Position numbers and translations under genes: made by a program | DNA from: Daphnia carinata | Taxonomy: Eukaryota | Assembly: GCF_022539665.2 (NCBI RefSeq) | Contig: NC_081332.1 | Location: 2,232,001-2,296,000 of the forward strand | DNA length: 64,000 nucleotides | Direction: 5' to 3' | The notes under the pieces: generated by a model | Database searches by the model: none | Told to the model about the DNA's origin: nothing | What the model saw: the letters and a program-made list of their open reading frames with translations, nothing else | In this document: positions 40,181-51,279 of the stretch, piece by piece | How positions within the stretch are numbered: the first letter of the stretch is position 1 | Layout of the letters: each line of letters starts with the position of its first letter

Positions 40181-41319
40181 TGCGAAGAGGCATTAAGCGA
40201 AAACAATCGGAAGAGCCATCACTAAGGGACTGTAGACCGAAAAAGAGATGGAGACGTAGACACATAGCCAGATCAAACTTTAATCCGGGCCACGTCCATG
40301 CTGGCGAAATGAAATATGTTTGTCTACAGCTTTCACGATTACCTATACAAGAAGTCTGCCGTAAACGCAAACGTACGGACGGTTCCTCGTTGAATGGTTA
40401 TAGGCCAAAGAAGAAAGCAAAGCGGAGAAATTTACCTCTCTCCACCATTCGCCTGAGCAGCGGCGCTTCTGGTACAAGTGGAAGAGATCGAACGGTGTTT
40501 CCTGCTATTCCAGAATCCCGCCCAGCTGAAACGAAACGCAAAAGGTCTGCCTCCGACAACGACGAATGCTCCGAGCCTGGTTCGAGCAAAAGAGTTTGCC
40601 AGAAGATTCTGATCGCAAGACGGCATTACAGAGTCCATGAACAACCTGAGCCTGCAAGAAGGACTTCTTTCTTCGACCGTTTCGAACCGAAAGTAGGGAG
40701 CACACCCGCCTTCCAGCATCATGCCAAACCGTCTCTCTTCCACCACCTACGAAAAAGACCCTCTGAACACTTTGCTCGAAAACGGCCTAACCAATGGAAC
40801 CACTGGAAAAAGCCATACCATCTTGCTCCAGCATCCGGTTCCCAGTCGGCTCGTGGCAACACGGGATCGAAATACAGATGGTCCCGCAACGATGGGAGTA
40901 CCTACAGTTCCTCCCAAGATCATGCCCAACCGTCAGTCTTCCACCGTGTGCAAGAAGAACCCTATCAAGACTTTGGTCGAGAACAGCCTAACCGATGGAA
41001 CCACTGGAACAAGCCCTACCATCATGCTCCAGCATCCGGTTCCCAGTCGGCTCGTGGCAACACGGGATCGAAATACAGATGGTCCCGCAACGATGGGAGT
41101 ACCTACAGTTCCTCCCAAGATCATGCCAAACCGTCAGTCTTCCACCGACTGCAAGAAAGACCCTACCAAGACTTTGTTCGAGAACAGCCTAACCGATGGA
41201 ACCACTGGAAGAAGCCCTACCATCATGCTCCAGCTGCCGGTTCCCAGTCGGCTAGTAGCAACACGTCGTCGAAATACAGGTGGTCCCGCAACGATGGAAG
41301 TACCTACAGGAGATATTAA
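39982..41319 (+). CDS. Intronless orphan protein, 445 aa, with N-terminal 20-aa repeats, basic clusters and three C-terminal 67-aa repeats
   Basis: Uninterrupted 1338-nt ORF with higher GC than its flanks. Repeat units of 60 and 201 nt are both multiples of 3 and preserve the frame. No family recognised. Confidence 0.75.
   Translation: MDSLCEQFSRLSLQDDSCFEMDTLCQHFSRLSLQDDSPCGMDTLGKQFSHLWPQDVSPFERDSFGQLRRGIKRKQSEEPSLRDCRPKKRWRRRHIARSNFNPGHVHAGEMKYVCLQLSRLPIQEVCRKRKRTDGSSLNGYRPKKKAKRRNLPLSTIRLSSGASGTSGRDRTVFPAIPESRPAETKRKRSASDNDECSEPGSSKRVCQKILIARRHYRVHEQPEPARRTSFFDRFEPKVGSTPAFQHHAKPSLFHHLRKRPSEHFARKRPNQWNHWKKPYHLAPASGSQSARGNTGSKYRWSRNDGSTYSSSQDHAQPSVFHRVQEEPYQDFGREQPNRWNHWNKPYHHAPASGSQSARGNTGSKYRWSRNDGSTYSSSQDHAKPSVFHRLQERPYQDFVREQPNRWNHWKKPYHHAPAAGSQSASSNTSSKYRWSRNDGSTYRRY
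40720..41308 (+). repeat. 201-bp tandem repeat, ~3 copies (coding)
   Basis: catgcc unit starts at 40720, 40921 and 41122. Each unit encodes roughly HAKPSVFHRLQE.PYQDF.REQPNRWNHWKKPYHHAPASGSQSARGNTGSKYRWSRNDGSTYSSSQD. Confidence 0.95.
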
Positions 41320-41350
41320 CACGACAAACCGAGTACCTTGCAATCCCATG

Positions 41351-41564
41351 TAGGCTAAGTATCAAGAGCGGTGAGATGGTCACTGAAACATGTGGTCAGC
41401 TCACTACTCTGAACGGGTTGCCAATATGGGTTATTTGTTAAGTAGCTGGACAAGGAAAGGAGTCCCCTAGTGGAAATCTTGTTGTTAATAGAGGCTGAGT
41501 ATCAAGAGCGGTGAGATGGTCACTGAAATATGTGGTTAACTCACTACTCTGAACGGATTGCTTC
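41351..41564 (+). ncRNA. Two near-identical stem-loops 140 nt apart (pre-miRNA-like or 3' UTR structures)
   Basis: Copies at 41351-41424 and 41491-41564. The core 41362-41412 folds by eye into ~19 bp with an 8-nt loop. The duplication is directly visible; the RNA function is inferred. Confidence 0.45.
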
Positions 41565-42039
41565 TATGGTCTCTATGGCCTATAAATAGCAAGTTTTCTT
41601 TTATCTTGTGCATGATTTGTTTTTTGGCACGTAAAACTTAAAACTTGTTTTTTTCCGGACATAAATTGGTATAATTCTGTTTATACACAAAATTTTAAAA
41701 CGCTATCCAATTTGTTGTGTACAATTATTTCATGACATTTTCAGAGTATAATTACGTCTGCGTTTAAAGGCTATAATGCTTGTCGCAAGGCGTATAAGAA
41801 TATCGAGACTCACGCATATATATGAGGAATATATTTATTATGGTAATCGCATAGAAAAGTATAGAGATAAAAAACAATACGACACCCGGCAACGCCGGCT
41901 TAGCCTGCAGAAAGGACCCAAACACAAGAAAAAAAAAAAAGAAAAAAAAACAGTAAAAAGGTGGTATGACCATTAATCTAAATAACAAACTGTTATCCAG
42001 CAACATATTTCCGAAAGTGACTGTTTCACGAATGTCGTG

Positions 42040-45000
42040 ATGCTGTTCAGCGCCGGTCAAGACAGGGACTTACAAGCCCGTGTTCAACTCATAACGCGGG
42101 TAAACAAGAATGTCACCAAGGATTTTCAGCAAAAAATAAAAAAAAAATAATTAATTATTTTTGTCCAAAATTGTTTCACAATGCCTGTACATTAGGTTCG
42201 TTCGTTACAACCAACCGACCATGTTTTACCAACGCCTTACTTTCAAATGGACCCAACTCAGGGGACCATTATTTTAGGAAACAACCGGTTCTTTCATTTA
42301 GATAACATACTACCGTTTGACTGTCCACAACAGGCAATTTTCAAGGGCTATGTTGAACCAGTTGTTAATGCCTGCTTTGATGGTTTTTCATTATACTAAA
42401 CTATCCTGCAAGCAACTTTTTGCTAATTGGCATTCATTTAAAACAGGTTTTAATATAACCGTTATTGCTTATGGCCAAACTGGCTCAGGAAAAACATTTA
42501 CAGTATTTGGTCCTGGATTACTTTACACAATGAATGAATCTGATTTTGGAATGGTCCCACGAACTGTTCGTCATCTCTTCTACAAAGCTAAGGTAAAGTA
42601 CAGTGTCATTTCATGTAAGTTTTATTTTTAACATTTTTGTTTTAGGAGTTCCCAGGCAGACAAATTTCTATACAAGCAAGTTATTTAGAAATTTATGATG
42701 AAGAAATTCATGATCTCTTGAGTGTAGAACCATTTCATGGAGAAATCACAGTCCAAGAAGATCAAAATGTATAGTGAGAAATTGTTTCAGTACCAAAATT
42801 GTTATAGCTATGTTCTATTCAAATTATTTAGGGGGAAACTATAATAACTGGTGCCACGCGCATGGAATGTCATACCATTGATGATGTCTTTAGCTGCTTA
42901 GAAACAGGTTTGGCTTTAAGACACACTGGACCAATGCTAAATCAACTTTCGAGTAAATCACATGGAATTTTTACTCTCTACATGCAGCAGGCATGGATAC
43001 AAGGTTTTTTTTTTCTATTTTCTCCTTAAAAATTTTAATATTACATTTCCTCTCGTTGTTAATATTCGGACATTAGATGGATGCTTGTATGAAGTATGTT
43101 CTAAACTTCATTTTGTTGATTTGGCCGGCTCGGAGAGGCTTGGCCTAGGCGTTACGAGCAACCACGGGAACAGTGACGTACAACTCAGTGAATTCCAGGA
43201 GCCGTTCTCGATTAACTCTGGCCTTCTTGCACTAAGTAATGTCACTGCTGCATTGGGTGATCCTAGAAGAAAAGCTAGCCATGTGCCTTATTGGGATTCA
43301 AAGTTAACATACATTCTGAAAGTATGCCAATTTTTTTTTTCTTTTTCAGAACTTCATTTTTATGCGAATTTTTTTTTTTCGAACTCTTCGTGTCCATTTT
43401 AGGATTCATTGGGAGGAAACGCCTTTACGCTGATGATTGTGTGCCTTTCCCCTTCAGCCTCCCATTTAGAAGAAACGGTAAACACGTTGAAGTTTGCAAC
43501 TAGAGCAGCCAACATTTGCAATCGTCCAGTGGCGAATGTTCGTCTCACTCCTATAGCCAATATACCAATGTCGATGATGGGCATAAACTATCGACAAAAT
43601 TCTAGCGATATGCCAGATTTTGTCACACCCCGTATGACTCCAAAATTCCAGCAGCAAAATGGAACCCCTTTTAGCTATCAAACGAATGTTATCAATGATG
43701 TGAACGAAAGCCGGTCAGCGTTGCATGAACAAGAAGACGAAGACGAGCTTTTCAGGTAGGATATATTCAGATTTATTTAAAGCAAAATCATCAGAGTGTA
43801 AATTCTCCGATTTCAATTAGGTTACGGTTTGCAGCGAGCCAGTGGCAGTTACTGGTGGCAAATGCCGAAACTCTTTTAAACGAGTTGGCTGTCTCTGGTT
43901 TATTAGGAGATGATACAAAAAACAAAATTGAATCTTGGCTTTGTCTTAAAGAAGAATATGCAAATTGTATTGATCCCGACCTATTGGCGATTAAACCACG
44001 AACCAGAGCTCAAATAGATTACAGTGGTAGTCAGTCAGCGGATTTGCCCATAGCACCAAGTGCATTTCAAACGAGTGGGGAATCCAAAACGCTGCACGTC
44101 ATTGGTAACTGAAACTCAATTTTTTGTTACACGTTTTATACATCGCTAACCACTTGTATCTCTGCAGAAGAGGTATCAGAACCTACTCCAACCCGTGAGC
44201 TATCGTCCGAACTTAGCGATAGGCATGAGCATCTATCCATTGAATCATCATCCGATGTAAGAATAACCTGTGGCACGTCTTAACCTTTTGCATAGCAGTT
44301 CCTATATAATTAAATTACTATTTTGAAATTAGGGTTCCCACTTTGCAGAGCAACTCGATATGCTGAGACAGCAATTTCGAGAAACGACTGATCGTTTAAT
44401 ATGTAGTATCGAGTCAATGTATGATAATGCAGCGTCTTTGGAATGGGGACCAACAAATCCAGTTGATGTTACTCCGCACTCGGAGCTTGGCCGTGATCAA
44501 TCAAATAGCAATTACAAAAGTGCAAATTCAAGCCCCAAGGCTGCGAGAACTGGCAGAAGAGTTAGTATTTTCGGCCCTTCAAATGTAGTGGATCAGCAGC
44601 CATTAATAGGAGAATCTCGTGCATCAACACCGGAATCATTCGGTGGCACATCACCTACTCGTCCGAGTGAGTATATCCAACCTCATTGGATAATTTTTTA
44701 ACTTTCAAAGCGGTCATTCATGCACCGCCTATCTTTATTGATCGACTAAAAGAAAATTCTCAGTTGAAGGAAGTCTGAAAGCCGAAATTGAGACTACGAA
44801 CGATGACTGCCGAGAAATGCGGAATTCTGCGGAAATTTCTGAAAAGCGCCAGCTTCTAACCTGGAAAACAAACAAACAGCTTAAAAAAGCACACCAAACT
44901 CTCGAGGAGCTAAAACGAACAGTTTCGTTGAAGGTTTGTCCAACACGCAATTTTTATTAAAATTCATTTTCCATATTTTTTTTTATCTTAATGCCTTAGG

Positions 45001-47128
45001 AGGAATACTTAGCTAGTCGTCAAGACGGCAGAGAGAATGAACAAGTAAAAACTCAGCTCGATAAAAGTCAAACAACGTTAAAGCAAGGTACTTGTGATCA
45101 GCCGTCCGATTTGGAGGTTGCCTATCGTCAGAGAAAACAGTCAGAAACGAATAGCGACGGTAGCATAGAGGAGAGCGATAATGTGACGGATGGTGAACGA
45201 AGAATCGGTCAGCAACGAGCAGAGATTATTCGCTTTGAGCACTGCTTAAAAAATATGGCAGAGTTATTAGATCTCACTGCTCGAGCCCCACGAAAGTAAT
45301 ACCAACTCATTTTAAATCAGAGGTTTAACAAAATTTTTATTTGGTTTTTGCTTACAGAGTTGGTGAGCTGGAACGCAGTTTATCCATAATGAAGGACCAG
45401 CAATCTGTTCTGAAAGAGCAGCTTCGGCACGAGAATGAGAAAAAAAGGGAATTGAAGCAAGAAATAGAGAAAGATCAAATGCGCATAGTAGAACTTGAAC
45501 GTCAGCTCCAAGAACAACGAGTTAGTTCGGAAATGCGTTTCTTAGAATTATGTGGTGACAAAGGTAAAATTTGAAACTACAACGTCTGAGTTTATTTATT
45601 TGAATTTTATTTTTTTAAGACGGCAGCCCAGGCGAATCTGAACTAGAACATAAGTGGCGCTGGCTAGTGGCAGAAGAGGAACGTCTGGTTGAATTGCGGA
45701 CGGCCATTACGTGGCGCTCCGAAGAACTGGAGGAAAAAGAAAATAGCCTTGAAAAGAGGGAAATTGCGCTCGACAGATCGAAAAATCATAACGAAATCGA
45801 TAAAATGAACACGCTTACAAGCGCGGATATGGGAACGAAGCGAAAAAAGGATACGGAATCGTGCGATAAAGTATGGCTTTCTATCAATTGTTATTAAGCC
45901 CAATGTTATCCTTTTTTTCACGGTTATTCTTTTGGTAAACTTAGACTGTTCAAACGTCAACCAGTTCGTTCAAGTGTAAATTGTACGACGTTCATTCAAC
46001 GTGCGGAAGCGATAACGTGACAGACAAAGAGGCCATAAGAAAAGAAATTCGCAAAATGAGGCACACCCGCGATTCCCTGGTTCAACAGCGACAAGAACTC
46101 GATGAGAGGCAACATAGGGTAGATTCCATTACTATTTTCGTTAAATTTTATTTGTTTATTTTATTTTACTGTTGTAGGGACGTGATTTAGATGCCAGCGA
46201 AGAACGTCGCCTATTAGAGTTGGATGAGGCAATCGAAGCTGTGGATGCAGCAATCGAGTACAAGAATGAAGTCATCTGCAGTCGACATTACGAATTAAAG
46301 AGTTCAGTAAGTCTTGAGTTTATCCTTTTTAAATCAGCCAGCATCTGAAACGAGATCTATTTTTTACAGACGGAAGATGGCCTCTTGTGTAGGCTTATGA
46401 GTTTAACTCACACAGAAACACGTTCTCTCTTGTGCAAGTACTTTCAAAAAGTGATCGACTTACGGGAAGGCTCCAAAAAAATGGAACAGCAATTCGCAGA
46501 GTTGGAGGTATGCTACAACATTTATTCACTCATTTTTATTCATTTACATTTCATTATGTCTCAATTTTATGGCTTCGCAATTCAGGCTCAATTTGAAGAC
46601 CAAAGTCGCTATGTCCGGAAATTGTCTGCAGCTCTGAAACACACCCAGTTGGAGATGGAGAGGCGTCAGCCGTCCTCACATCAGCGCAATTACGAGCACA
46701 AAGCCCACACGGTTCAGAGGCAACTCGACCATGATTCCAGTGCTGGTCGGGGCGATGGCGACAGAAACTTCAGTCAAGTCGATGAAGATTCCGAGTATCA
46801 AAACAGCCGCGATTTGCGAAAGCAACTTCGTGATCTGCTAAGCGTCACGCCCAGACATCGAACAGGAGGCAACCATAACGCTGTCTCGGGTGTTGTGCCG
46901 GTCGCTTCTGAGCTGGCACCAAGTGTGTGCAGCAGTCGTACTCCTAGTCTACTAGGTCTCCAGGCTGTTCAAGCGTTGCATCAGAAAATTACTGGGTTAC
47001 ACCGTATGCGAGGTCGCCAGACTAGGCCGGAAACGACCACTACTGTTACGCGAGAGAAGAACAAACTAATTATCAAACAGCAGACGGTGCAACCCGAAAC
47101 TAGAGATACAAAACGACGACATCGGTGA
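42040..47128 (+). CDS. cos: Kinesin-4 family Costal2/KIF7/KIF27-type protein (Hedgehog pathway), multi-exon
   Basis: P-loop [39 protein letters not shown]...ETVNTLKFA. Coiled-coil tail with [19 protein letters not shown] and [18 protein letters not shown] (KIF7/KIF27-like), and C-terminal [10 protein letters not shown]. The start at 42040 is inferred from exon 42040-42099. Confidence 0.85.
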
Positions 47129-48366
47129 TTTTTTGTCGTCTTTAATTTTTTGATTTCTAACCCGTGGCAGACCTTTTTGTTTTTATTGATTCGACAGAAA
47201 ACAGATGCGAGTTTTCAACTTTTACAAATGTGCATATTTTTAAAGAATAGACTCTTTAAGTCCATTCAAACAGGTGAAAATCAACCATCATCGTAAATGT
47301 GCGTTCACGCTTTCGATGTGGTGAGCTTGATGGCAATGGCTGTCACCGAGACGTTATGGGCCTTTATTTTTAAAGGTTCATTGTTCTCGGTGCCCGGAGT
47401 TTGATCAGCGCAGGTGCTTACACTGGTACACTCCCTTTTGAAAAGAGCCGTACAAATGCATCTGATGATAGAACCAACGTTAGTTCGACATTGACCAATC
47501 ACGCTGCTTCTTTAGCTAATAAATCTGCAGCTGGCCACCTCTACCCGTGCGTTTAAGCACACCTGGCTTTTTGTCTTAATCTATTGGCACGTATCTCGCA
47601 AGCAGGCCCCATCAATTTCACTCTACAATTGGCACGACATACATGGGTGGGTCGGGGAAAGAAAAAGGTGACCAGTCGCGTGTTCGCTTCTCCAAACACG
47701 AGCTGATGCACGAAAAACAAAAGAACGTCTTCTTTTACATCTTTATTTTTGGGTGGTACACACTGTGACCAGAATCTTCGATAGCTCCCAGTGCCTTTTA
47801 AGGTTTCAATAAGAGACTTGCAACGGGATTGAAAATACACAATGTGTTGTTGTTTTTGCACGTCCACCTCGACCGCAAACAATTGCAAAATATCGGTTGA
47901 CTGATTTTTTTAAGGGATGGTTGTGCCCATTACCTTATTAGAGTGGCCACGCGAAGAAGGCGCAGTCCCAACCGGCTGTGATGGATGCAATGCGCTAGCG
48001 TTGGAGATCCGCTTCGCAAATAGCCGAAGAATGATGACCCAATCAAGCTGATGTATCACAACGTTAGCGGCAATAGAGCTATCTTCGCTTTGCTTGTTCA
48101 AAAAAATGCAAAAAAACGGTTGAACCGTTGTAGCGTTTTGTATCAACCACCTGATGTTTTTGTTTGTACGCTTTTATTTACCAGAAGAAGGAATAGCAAA
48201 ACATATGAAAAACAGCGCACAAGGTAGAAGCGACAAGGAAGAGAGTGAAGAAATTGCGGCCCTAGCTGACGCAACCGTCAACCCAAGCAAAAGCTGAATG
48301 TGTTCCAAACGGTTGGGAAGGCAAAGGGATGGTCGACTAGATCCGGGTTTTATATTCAAATCGGCT

Positions 48367-48397
<31 letters not shown>

Positions 48398-51273
48398 GGG
48401 ACGTCTTTTTGCGTCCTCTCGGCTGTCGTTGACGTCAAAGATAATGACTTAACAGAATTCGCCGCAACTGAAATAAGAAAGAATAACAGGAGGCAATGGA
48501 TGTCATGCGGCTTCGTTAGAAACGATAAGAACTGAATCACATTCTAACGGAAGCAAAAAATGCAGAGTGACAGAAAGAAAAGTATTGGCAACCGCTCGGC
48601 TGTGCTTCTTTTTCGATTGTTCAGGTAAATGACCGATCTCGCCATTACGGTCCCTCATAGAATAAACGCTCAAAACCCACTTTAACTTCCACTGGAATCG
48701 CTTCGGCTATCTGATCTCGTGAGTAGCGGTTTCCCTTTGACTTTTGGCTTTCACCATTCTCATTCTTTCTTTCTTTTTTTCTACGCTTAATTTTTACGTT
48801 CATTCTTCTTTTAAAATCTTTTTTTTTTTTTTTTTTGAAGCTTTATTTCGTTCGCCGTCTGCTGGCATTTGGCAAGAGAAAGAGATGAACATCGATATTA
48901 ATCGACGATAGCACTATATACATCCTTTTGCGAAAACGTATAGGCTACCACCGATAAGCACGGGCCTGCGCACACTCCAAGAAAGGGTAGCGTCAAGAGT
49001 TGAAATACACGCATTATGCAGATAAAAAAGGTAGCCTTCCTCGACATCCGGGTACGCTAACAGGGATGTTAAAGATATGTTAGTCAGTGCTTTTTTTTTT
49101 TTATTTATTTTTTTTTTTATTTAATTATCGCTTGAATAATCTAAGGACGAACCATTAACAAGACGCAGTTTGACGTTTTGTTTGTTTTTTTTTCATTTCT
49201 TTTTTTTTTTAAGTATGCTGTTGGAATGAAGAAAAATGAATCTAAATTATGTACGTTTTTCATGTGAATCTGATGCATGCAGGCACGCAATAACAATTGA
49301 AGGCATTGTTTGCTTTGTAAAAAAACAAAAAAAAAAGGAATCTGCTCGGCGAAAGATGAATTTCATATTTTCTAGTGGAAAATTTTTATTGTCCTGGTGA
49401 ATATATACTCGAATGTAAAAAGGGTAATAAATCTACCGGCAACGGTAGACTTTGACGTTTTGCTCCGTTGACATTCCTATAAATGACTAGACCTTGGTTA
49501 CCAACTACCGAGTGCATTAAGCCTTCCTGGTAAGCTTGTCGTAACACAAACTGTCAAGTTCTACATGCAAATAAGGGTGGGTTTTCTTTTTTCATCTGTT
49601 AGTTTTCAACGGAAATTTGTTATTTTATCTTCAAAATTACACCAATTTTCGTTTTCCAGGCTTGTTGTGTCATATTTTACTGTCGTCTGCACAGTTCGAA
49701 ACAGAAACAAGAACGATACTGATTGCAATCTTCTTCTTTTTAATTTCAAAATTTGGATTTTGGATTTTTCACGACGTTGTTGGCTAACCGTATGCCATTC
49801 GTCGAAAATTAAAGTTTTTTCAATGGCTCGAAACTTTCTTGAAAATTTTGCGTCGGGGAGTCATTATTTCGTCCACTTAATTTACATTCGGCAACGTTTC
49901 GCTATCATTTTCCAAATAATCTAATTACGATGGAGAGCACCGGGTGGAACGAATCATCTCGTAATGATCCGTTTTTCTCGGAAAAAAGTGTGCTGTATCT
50001 ATTTTCTTTCCTTTCTTCGTATTAGTGTTCTTATTTCTAATAAGATAGACCTTGAAAAAGAACGAAATCTGCCACAGCTGACTGAAAAGTCTGGCAATCC
50101 TTTTGAGAAAACCCTCGTATGCAATGCAGCATTTCGAGAGAATTCGTACGTTTCACGTGCAATGTTTTCTCTGTGTTTTTTTTTTCTCTCCATTCCGTGT
50201 TCAACCCTGATAACCGTAAATTGGCCCTGCTACATTGTGCTTCTCATCAGTCATGAAATTCATCGCTTCGAGTTATCAGGAAGGTGATTCTGGCGATCGG
50301 GATACTTTTCTCGAGTTTCCAGAAGAGCTTACTCATGAAAGCAATTCACAATGGTAATGGTAGTCATAGTTTTGAAACAGCAATCAGGTACCGTTCTGCG
50401 CTCAGACTGTTTTCTTTTTCTAGACTTTTAATATCTTTAGGGCTTTGTCGTCTTCCGGCCCTGAAGGGAAAGGGCGGTTTTTTAACATCATGTGGTTGTC
50501 GGTTCTCGGACATTGTTGGGTGAGCTTTCTTTAAGAGTTTTTTTTTCCTTTCGAAAATGGTAGCCAAAGTCTCAACCATATAAAAGATCGTAATAATTTC
50601 TGGTCTATAATTTTCGTTTCCCCCCCTTTCGTGTCTCACTTTCTTGAGACCTACACTCTATTTTTGACGAATGCAGCTTTTTGTTATTGAACAAGTTCAA
50701 CATGTCGGTTTAGATATCAGTCGATCCGGGAAAGAGAGAAAAAGAAGCTCGATTTGAATTCATCCACGAAAATTGCCAGATACGTGATAACTAGGACACA
50801 CACATAAAAAGGCACACAGGAATAGAGAGGCTGCCCTTCTTTTGTTTTTGTTACTGGAACAAAAACAACCGACTGAAAATGTGTGAGAACAAAAAAAAAA
50901 AAAAAAAAATCAAGACCTGAATACGAGTGTGTTTCAAGCAGAACGAAAGGGTGAGTAGGTACGGTGTATTTAGCAAGATATCCTACGACTTGGGTGGTGA
51001 TGGCCATGGGGCGTTGGTGACCCAGCCGAAGAGGTGAAGTGCCTGGGGATGGAGGGAGATGCCTCACTGAAGAAACGTACTAAGCGACCGCGGTGGCACC
51101 ACATGTAGGAGGTCCAACAGTGATTGGTGGTCACCGACCCACCACCTGGATGGACTCGAAACAGACGAAGATGGTGGGCGCAAGAGGGAAGGGGGGGGGG
51201 AGGAAAAAGGGAAGAGAGTTCGTGAGGCCCCAGCAAAACAGTAAGTAGCTTCCGAGCTGCCGGAGCTGGGCAG

Positions 51274-51279
51274 TATATA
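51274..51279 (+). promoter_or_regulatory. Candidate TATA box for the serpin gene
   Basis: TATATA after a GC-rich patch, followed by a plausible non-coding exon (acceptor ~51704, donor CCG|GTAAGT at 51879) and the acceptor ttgcAG|ATG at 53381/53382. Confidence 0.3.

Noticed and set aside
40721..41353. 210-aa alternative-frame ORF and antisense ORFs over the 201-bp repeat
   Set aside because: One stop-free unit repeated three times explains the open frame; no independent evidence for dual coding.
41371..41412. SECIS-like spacing (GTGA-N11-AA-N23-GA) in the twin hairpins
   Set aside because: The pairing register does not place the GA quartet at the base of helix 2, and the upstream ORF has no in-frame TGA.
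41351..41564. Twin repeats as a CRISPR array or LTR pair
   Set aside because: Eukaryotic context, only two ~74-nt copies with a ~65-nt spacer, and no cas or retroelement ORF.
47300..51200. Scattered ORFs between the kinesin and the serpin
   Set aside because: No protein-like signal or phase-consistent exon chain found; treated as serpin upstream regulatory DNA.
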